A stretch of 64,000 nt of DNA from NCBI GenBank assembly GCA_030704615.1, contig CM060734.1, positions 18,848,001 to 18,912,000 on the forward strand, given 5' to 3'. Source of the DNA: Takakia lepidozioides (lineage: Eukaryota > Plantae > Bryophyta). Below, one piece after another: positions 12,038 through 20,770 of this stretch (positions within the stretch are counted from its first letter, which is position 1; every line of letters starts with the position of its first letter). The notes under the pieces are model-generated. The model was not told the DNA's origin. It worked only from the letters and a program-made list of their open reading frames with translations, and made no database searches. The position numbers were made by a program, and so were the translations under genes.

Positions 12038-15000
12038 GTGAGTGTCATCACGGAGTTACCCAGGGGTTCTGAGGGGAGTACGGCTACAGGCAGTAGCAGT
12101 GAGAGTGGGTTCACCAGACGAGGTGTTCGTTTCAGACCACCTTCACCTCCACCCTCAATTAGTGCAGAGTCAGACACAGACTCGGAGGCTTCATCAACAG
12201 GTGTGCAGTTTCATTCGCCATTGTTGTGGGACGACATGGAGGAGATGTATGGAGCTACCAAGGGGCCTCATAGGTACTCTGGAGCTGTGGGCACAATCGA
12301 GTTGGATGACGTTATCCAGGAGTTTGACAGCTGGTGTGATTGCAAGCAGATACGCAATCCACAGCTATTCACCCCATTCATGGCGTGGAAGGGACTGTTC
12401 CAGCATTTGGAAGGCCCGCCTATGGACGATTACCAACAAGTTCAGGTGAGGACATGAAGCAGAGATTGAGGAGTGGAGGATGTATTGGTCACCTGACTAC
12501 GTCTCCATTACTCGAGGCACGACGCGACCAGTAGTTGCATCAGTACCAATATCTCCCCTGCCAGCACTAGTAGTGGAACAAGTAGTGCTGATACTTCTGC
12601 AGGTGGTACCAGTTCAAAAAGGTGCTACTACTCCTCCTGCCACGACTGCAACACATTGCCTAGATTCAACCCGGTGGTGGAGTTCTTCCAGGAGTTTGCG
12701 GAGGAACTACCAAGGTGTACGGACAGAGAAGCTGCGAAGTTTGCAAGACTTCCAGCGCAAACCCAGTGAGAGCTTGCGAGAGGCCTACACTCGTATGAGG
12801 CGCTTGATAAGTGTGACCCAAGGGGTTACTGAAGCTCAGGCAATCCAGTTCTGGTATGAAATTTTGGACAAGGAGCTCAGGAGAAGGGTGTGGGATGCAA
12901 CCCTGTTACAAGCAGCCCAACCCACATTAGCAGATGTGTTTCTGCTGGCTGAGCGGATTGAGCTCAACATGGTGGAGGAGCCAGTTTTTACCATTGGGTT
13001 TGGCAAAGACATGCCTGCACGAGGCGCAGCTGCCAGCCCACAGGCACAAGGGACTGCCCAACAGCGTGGTCAGGGGGGCAAGGTTTCCCAACCCAAGTTC
13101 CATGGAGCTTACAGGGGACCTCAGGTGCAGAGGCCCGTGGCATCTTTTGCAGGCCCAACAACCAGGGGTGATATGTTGGACATGTGGAGGACCCATGTCA
13201 AGAGAGATTGCCCAGAGAGTGGCAAAAGGCCGGCACAAACACAGCCTGCACAGTTGCAGTGTGGGCATTGGGGGAAGTATGGGCATGGAGATGCCCAGTG
13301 TTATGACTTGCATCCTGAGTTGCGCCCAGGCCAGTTCCAAGGGAACAATGGTGGCCAGGGGCGAGGTGGACCAGCCCAGAGAGGACGAGGTGGTCGGGCA
13401 CGAGGTGCAGGCCAAGGGCAAGCTCAACATGGCCAAGGACGCGGAGGTTAGGGTGTTGACCAAGGCATGGCCAACCGGCTTCAGCAGCTAGAGCAGAGGC
13501 TCGCTGCCATGGCTACAGCTCAGGCGGTACCGGCTCCCAGGGATGGTCCACCTCCTGTTCCTGAGGGAGAAGATATGGGAGGCATGGGATTCATGTGCGG
13601 AGCAGCACTACCACTAGAGCAGGTGGAGTCTGCTGCAGCCGTGACTCGAGGAGCAGCACGAGTTCCTGAACCACGAGGTGCAGAGGTGGAGTTGGATCCA
13701 CAACGTGGGGAGGCAAGCCGTCAGGCGAGGCTACCTCAGTCATTCACCTTGGCAGAGACAGTGTCAACGCCATCCATGGCACCTAGTTCTCGCCCGACTG
13801 TTACCGAGGCGGAGGTTTCTATGCCATTGGGGAGAGCTACACGTGCAGCATGACACCTGCTGCCAAGGCTAGTGCAGCCGGTGTGTTGTTGGGGGCAGCC
13901 ACCTCTGTGTGTCAGCCCCACTGTTCTTGGCAACCATAATTGCGACGCCGGGGGTAAGACCAGCTGCAGTGTTCAGACTAGCAGCAACACTCTGTGAGAG
14001 TGGGGAGGTCACTTCATCTTCTGCGGAGTTACTGGAAGGTGTAGTGGCAGAGGGATCCTCGGATTTGAGGGTCAAGACTGCCACGGCTGTGCCATGGCAA
14101 GCTGCAGCTGCCAGGTTGACGGAGCTGCCAGCTAGGCTAGCCTTTGAGCGCGCCATGGTGACACCTGGAGTTGTCTTGTTAGACAACCAGGATGACATTT
14201 TCTCTTTGAGTGGACCGGCAGGCAAGAAGTACCGGCCACTGCGGGTCTTGTTGGACTCGGGAGCTCAGCCACTGATGTTGGGCAGAGCTGCTATTGCAGG
14301 TTTGGGCCTCATGGAAGCGGATATGGAGCCTTGTCCTTTCCAGATACAGACATGTCTGGGAGATCAGAGCAGGCTCAGGGCATGACACCGCATCAGTTGG
14401 CCATTAGACTGCAGCCGGATCATCCTATCGATGGCTCAGTAATGCGAGCCAATGTCATTGTGATAGACGCGGTCTCTTACGATGTCCTCGTTGGTAGGGC
14501 AGTGTTATACCCCATGGGCTTCACCCTAGACTTTTGGGAGGAGTCAGCATTCTACAGGCCTGGATGGCAGTCAGGGGATGGTCGTCGTGCACAGCTCCCT
14601 GTGACATTCATTGGGGGTATTGCGGCTGCCCAACGGGGCAAGATGCCAACACTAGCCGCCTTTACAGCTTTGGTTAGTTGGCCTGGAGAGTTGCTGGAAG
14701 GCAATGCCCATGCAGAGGATTTGCCACCTCCAGCAGAGCAGGATGACATGCATGGTATGGCGGAGTTGCCTGCCATGGTTGCTCAAACTCCATTGTGGGG
14801 TACGAGCAAGAATTTGCAGCAGGTTGCTGATCGACGGGTGCAACAAGCCTGGGTAGAGGCTTTTGTACCGTCAGGAGAGGAGGAGAGTGCGGGTATTGCA
14901 CCAGGACCACCTTAGTTGTCACCATTGGATACCACACCTATTGTGTGGCAGTATCCGGATAAAGACATTTGCCTTCTGGACTTGTTTGGCGGGATCAGCA

Positions 15001-16214
15001 CCGGATTGGCTGTTGTGCTATAGGCAGGTGTGCGGGTAAGGCGTTACCTGTATGTGGAGAGGGATGAGACTGCACGACGCGTCTCACTGCGCCATATTGC
15101 TTAGTTGGTACAGCAGTACCCTGCTTTGTTGCCAGTGTCTGCAGTTCGTGGATACCAACAAGCCTTGCCAGCAGACATTTCGTTGCTGGGGGCGCCGGAT
15201 TTGGAGCAGGTTGGCTCCATTGATCTGGTAGTGGCAGGTTGGCCCTGCCAAGGGCATTCATCAGCCGGGCATCGCAATGGATTGCGAGACTCAAGGACGG
15301 GTCTGTTTTGGGAGATGGTGCGGATTTTGCGCCACTTGCAGCTTCATCAAGCTGTATCACCAGCATACATCTTGGAGAATGTGCCACTGATGGGCGATTC
15401 TCGGGCCAGGGTGATGGCCAGTGTGCATCAAGTCCGGTCGTGGCTTGGGTCAGCAGTGTTGTTGGATGCAGCTGCAGTGGGATCACGGGCTCATCGTCCA
15501 CGGCTATGGTGGACTAACTTGATGCCACCCGCACTGCTCAAGCGTGCATTTGATGGGGTGCAGCGGCCAACACACCTCATAGTGGACAGCATTTTGGACA
15601 CAGGGAGGCAGTCTCAACGTGTGAGACACGATGACCGTTCGCCTTTGGCAGTGGTCAACAGGGTGGGTCAACCACGAGCAGTATTACCTACACTGCTCAG
15701 CTTCCCAGGATCCCATGCTTTTCGGGATGGTGGACCTGGCCCCTTGTGGGATGCTCAATTGCAACAGTTAGTGGAGCCTAATGCCGACGAGCGAGAGCGG
15801 GCTATGGGGTTTTCCACTGGGACCACGGCGGTGCCTTCTCTTTCTGAGGCATCACGTCGTCAGGTGTTGGGGCAAGCAATGGATCTCAATTGCTTGACCT
15901 GGATTATCAGCTTGGCTATGGCTGAGCAACGTAGAGTGCGGAGTGCACTTCCCTTGACGGTCTCTCTGCCTACCGAGACGGTACAGGCAGCGAGTGGGGG
16001 TGAGCCGATGAGGACCACGGGGTGTAGACATCCATGGCACACGTGGGAGGTGCTCGAGGTCCAGAGGGAGTTGGCAGCCAAGGCAGCTGTGATGGATGAG
16101 GTTGGGGATTCTTTTCGGGTTGAGGAGGTTCTCAATGATGAGATGATGGGGCAGGATGAGGCCTTGTCATTGACTGAGCAGGAAGGGAGTACTGCTCAAG
16201 AGGTTGCAGCATAG
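12038..16214 (+). pseudogene. Copy 1 Gag-protease-DNMT polyprotein (several frameshifts and premature TAGs)
   Basis: ORF pieces 12014-12457, 12480-13451, 13467-13853, 13909-14385, 14331-14915, 15105-16214. Contains LLDSGAQP (aspartic protease), DLFGGISTG, AGWPCQGHS, ILENV, HRPRLWWTN, ERAMGF and RRQVLGQAM. Colinear with copy 2. Confidence 0.88.
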
Positions 16215-19200
16215 CAACCACGGGACGCGACCTCTACCTCTAAGCCTACTGGACTTAAGGTTGCAGTTACGGAGGACAATTGGGAGCCTGACATTGGACC
16301 CATTGTCACCGGAGGAGAGAGACGACGTATGCGGCGGTTCCTGAGGGCTTACAGGAATTGCTTTGCCTTCACTTTGAAGGACTTGGGAGCACTGAAGGGT
16401 CAAGAGATTCGCATTGAATTGGCTACTGACACGCCAATCTTTCGGAGACCCTATAGATACAGTGACATGGAGAGGTCCTTGATTCAGATGAGAACTCAGG
16501 ATCCTTGGGAGGCAGGTTTGGTGGAGCTCTCTGGTGAAGAGTATGCTTCAGCCACAGTGATGCCAGCCAAGAAGGATGTCTATGGCAATTGGACGAGAGA
16601 CGTATGTGCGGTGATTACCGGCCTGTAAATCGTCAGACCAAGTCCGATAGGTATGCTCATGCCGACACCAGAGGAGATCTTTGATGCCATTGGGCATTCC
16701 AAGGTCTTTAGCACGTTGGATTTACGATCCGGATATCACCAGTTGGCGATCAGGAGGCGGATAAGCAAAAGACGGCATTCTGGGGGATCAATGAGCACGG
16801 GAAGGATTGCCTATACCAGTGGCGGTTCTTACCATTTGGGCTTAAAAACGCTCCTGCTGAGTTTCAAAGGGTCATGGACAGGATTCTAGCAGGGGTGGAG
16901 TTTGCTCGGTGCCACATAGATGACAGCATCATCTTTAGTGCTACGGTGGAGGAGCATGAGAGACACCTTCAGGGGGTATTTGAGCGCTTGAGGACGCACG
17001 GATTGAAGTTACATCCGGGAAAGTGCAAGTTTTTCCACAACCAGATTGAGTATCTGGGTCACATGATATATCCTGGAGGATTGGGGGTACAGCAGACTAA
17101 GGTAGAGTCCATTGCACAGGTTCCACGCCCCACGGATGTGAGCCGAGTTCGAGCTTTCATGGGGTTAGCAAACTATTACAGACGGTTTGTTAAGGGATTT
17201 AGTGCCATTGCAAATGCTCTAACCAAGCTGACCAAGGTGGACCAGGAGTGGCAGTGGGAAGATGAGAGAACAAGCTTTTCAAGAGCTCAAGGCGAGGTTG
17301 ACCTCGGCGCCCATCTTGAGACGACCTATTAGGGGGCTGCATACAGATTGGAGCATGCTGGGGCTTGGAGCGGTGCTCACACAGGTGGATGATGAGGGAA
17401 GAGAGTTCGTAGTGGCTTACGCTAGCCGCTCGAACAATGCTGCTGAGTCTAAGTATAGCTCATATGAGGGAGAATGCTTAGCTGCAGTGTGGGCCGTGGC
17501 ACACTTCAAGTGCTATCTATACGGCAATCTCTTCACCCTTGTCACGGATCACCAACCACTCAAGTGGTTGATGGAGTCAGACAAGCTTACGGGGAAGCTT
17601 GCACGGTGGGCACTCATCCTTCAAGAGTATGACTTTCAGGTGGTGCATCGACCGGGTTTGGTCAATCGCAATGCAGATGGGTTGAGTCGCAATCCATGCA
17701 CGAGCCAGCAGGATGACACTGGAGCTCGGTGGCATGGTGAGACGGACGAGGAGATGGTGCCCGGATGGCATGCATCTGCATTTCTGTGTATCTTGGCAGC
17801 GGAAGGCCAGGTTGGACCTGCAACAAGGATGACTGTAGATCAAGTGTCTGAGGACCTGAGGCCAGCAATGAGCAAGGTGGCGCCAAAGATATACATGAGG
17901 ATTCAGTTGTGTTGGACTACCTCCGCACTGGAGACACTGCAGCCACTGTGACTGCCAAGGAGAGGGATCGGATCCTACAACGAGCCAAGAGGTTCAAGTG
18001 GGAGGGAACACACCTACTCCGAGTGTGGAAGGATGGTCGAGTGAGGATTGTGCCTCACCCAACACAGCGGGCACGGTTAGTGCGGCATGCCCATGAGGAG
18101 TTGGGGCATTTTGGGGTGCGACGCACTCATAGTCTACTGCAGGGCAGTATTGGTGGCGTGGTATGCACACAGAGGTGCAACAATTTGTGGCTAGGTGCAT
18201 GGTGTGTGACAGGGTGCGTGCTTCATTCAACGCCCCTACTCCACAATTGCACCCTCTTCCGATCATGGGATTGGGCTACATGTGGAGTCTTGACTTTGCA
18301 GGGCCGTTGCCACTGACCATGCGCCACAACAAGTACGTATTGGTGATGGTGGAGCACTTCTCCAAGTGGATTGAATTGGTTCCATTGCCTGATAAGGCTA
18401 GTGAGGGAGCTGTGTATGCATTCTTGGATTGTGTGCTTAGCCAATTCGGTGCTCCAGCTGAGGTACTCATGGACCAAGGGAGAGAGTTCTTGGGGGAGTT
18501 TCAGGCTTTGTGTGACAAGGCCTTGATAGACCACCGCACCACTTCTCGGGATCATCCTGAGGCCGATGGCTTGGCAGAGAGAGTTGTTCAGACAGTAAAG
18601 AGGGGTTTGCGCAAGTATGGCTTGCAGAAGGGACACCTAGGAGATTGGGACCTTCAGTTACCCTGGTTAGCCATGGGCTACAGGTTCAGCAAGCAAGCAT
18701 CACTTGCCTCCTTCTCACCATACTTTCTTCTCTTTGGCCGAGAGCCGGATTTGCCTACATCCATTCGCAGAGAAGCTGCTACAGTTCTTAACCTTGACGA
18801 TCCGATGTGTGGGCACGTGCATATGAGCAGCGTGCAGAGTTGTTCAAGAAAGTCATGCCAATGGCTTTTGAGAACCTTGCCATTTCACAACACCGTGATA
18901 CGTTGAGGTATGCTACCATACGTGGTGGGGGCTATCGTCCTGGGGTTCGGAGATTCAACCCTGGTGACTACGTCTATCTACAGCAGACTGCTCCTACGAC
19001 CTTGGATGTGACTGCAGGATGTGTTATTTTGAGGGTTCGAGAGGTCTTGCCCTCAGGCGTCTTGGTCTTGGAGGGTCGGGATGGCATAACTTGGAAGGAC
19101 CATGTGCGTAATTGTCCGCCATGTCACCTTCCGAATGTCGATGGCAGGATAGACCCAAACTTGGCAGTGGTATCTGCAGGTTTGAGGTGCATGTTGTGTG

Positions 19201-19361
19201 GGTCTGCTAGAGGGGCAGCCACCATGCTGGTGTGTGATCGATGCTCTAGAGGTTGGCATATGGGATGCTTGACTCCACCTCTTGAGATGGTTCCGGATGG
19301 GGATTGGTTATGTCCACATTGCATTTGGATAGTGGGAGTGGATACAACCATGGAAGGCTAA
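16215..19361 (+). pseudogene. Copy 1 RT-RNase H-integrase-PHD (frameshifted)
   Basis: LDLRSGYHQ and HIDDS (degenerate YIDD) for RT; HTDWS...EGECLA...TDHQPL...NADGLSR for RNase H; HEELGH...CMVC, LDFAGP/DQGREF/GLAER for integrase HHCC and DDE; CMLC...CDRC...HMGC...CPHC for PHD. Confidence 0.9.
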
Positions 19362-19581
19362 CAAGAAACGCAAGGCCCAGCTATTAAGAGACCTTGAACA
19401 CACGAGGTCCTGGCTCAAGTTCACATATTGCAAGACGGCGACTAACGATGGGGCTACTCTTGTACCCGGCCTCTTGGTCTATAGGGTTTGAGTGCAATAG
19501 GGACAGTGATAGAGGACTTAGTACGGCTGTGGCTATTACATCTTGTAGCTATCTGGAGGTAGAGGGACCTACCCACCAGCT

Positions 19582-19591
19582 AGGGGGGCGA
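19582..19591 (+). promoter_or_regulatory. Polypurine tract of copy 1
   Basis: AGGGGGGCGA immediately before repeat B1; identical at 61774-61783 in copy 3. Confidence 0.7.
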
Positions 19592-20121
19592 TTGTGGCAG
19601 ACTACTTTATTGTGCATATATGTGTGGTGTGGTTTGGACAACGATGTAGTTATGTAGCGATACGTATGCGCACGACAGCTGTCAAGTTAAATAAGCACAG
19701 TGTGAAAACAACTAGAATAAAGCTAGTTATTTGTATTTAACACTTGGATTTAGGTCAAGTGTTAAATCAGGTGTCAAGTTTAGTTTGACACCTGAACCGC
19801 ATTATCTTCACGAGAGCTGTAGTCGCGCAGCTCATCTCTCTCGAGTTGAGCCTGCGCGACCGAGCTCCTGCATCGTTTATGACTGAGTGTGCTTATGATG
19901 GGAGTATAGGTTGTTGTGGGGTGGAGTCCCCATAGCTTGGGGTGCCCCTGGCTCGACTTCTGTTTTAACGAGTGATAGCGATGGATTTCATGTTGTTTCT
20001 GGTGTGAACAGTGTGTCTCTTAGTTTGTTCTATCATTGTGGCAGACTACTTTATTGTGCATATATGTGTGGTGTGGTTTGGACAGCGATGTAGTTATGTA
20101 GCGATACGTATGCGCACGACA
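19592..20121 (+). repeat. Copy 1 3' terminal block B1 (19592-19677) - gc - A2 (19680-20035) - B2 (20036-20121)
   Basis: 86-bp B (TTGTGGCAGAC...GCGCACGACA) occurs twice, flanking A2. The B1/A2 junction is the perfect palindrome GACAGCTGTC. Confidence 0.92.
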
Positions 20122-20125
20122 CCCT

Positions 20126-20770
20126 AAATGGCGTTGACGACATTCACATCCAGAGTTGTTGAGAGGTCCTCAGAGTTATGTAAGTTTTTGTAAAGTCCAT
20201 AGAGTTTACAGTGAGGGTTCCTCACTTCAATTTGCTGAATGTCAATGCAGACATTCAGTTGTTCTGCATTGCTTTTGCCTCTTGCGAGAAATCTTGAGGC
20301 GTGATTAGCTATGTTATCAGAGATCCAAAGTGAATGTCGTTGACGACATTCACTTCTATGTCTGTGTCATTCACCAGTGACAATTTGAATTTACATGGAT
20401 TGGGAGCTAAGGGTATATTAATTGGTTCCTTGTTCGTAATTTTGTGAATGGCGTTGACGCCATTCACATCCAGTGTTATTATGAGGTCCTCAGTGTTATG
20501 TTCGTTATGAATGTCCATTGAGTTTTTGGGGAGGGTTCCTTACTCGAGTTTCTGATTTCCATCCAATGATTTTGCCTCTTTTGAGAAATCAATAGGCTTG
20601 ATTAGCAGTGTATTCACAAATCCAAAGTGAATGTCGTTGACGACACTCACTTCTATGTCTGTGTCATTCCAAAGCGAAAGTTTGCATTCACGTGGATTAG
20701 GGTGTATTCACAGTATCATTGAATGAAATGTTTTGAATGGCATTGACGACATTCACATCCAAAGCTGTCG
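20126..20770. repeat. Degenerate ~300-bp intronic tandem repeat (first unit begins ~7865 and is split by the Gypsy insertion)
   Basis: GATCCAAA(G/T)TGAATGTCGTTGACGACA(T/C)TCACTTC near 7868, 20322 and 20620; GAATGGC(G/A)TTGACG(A/C)CATTCACATCC-like motif near 20126, 20445 and 20735. Confidence 0.7.

Larger units (their letters stand above)
8000..20121 (+). mobile_element. Ty3/Gypsy LTR retrotransposon copy 1 (DNMT- and PHD-bearing, split-repeat A-int-B-A-B), full length but degenerate
   Basis: Starts TGTCAAG (8000), ends CACGACA (20121). 4-bp TSD CCCT at 7996-7999 and 20122-20125. Domain order gag, protease, DNMT, RT, RNase H, integrase, PHD. Confidence 0.92.

Noticed and set aside
8000-20121. 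Classification as a DIRS/PAT/Ngaro element because of split direct repeats and a methyltransferase
   Set aside because: No tyrosine recombinase is seen; it has an aspartic protease, an HHCC/DDE integrase and 4-bp TSDs.
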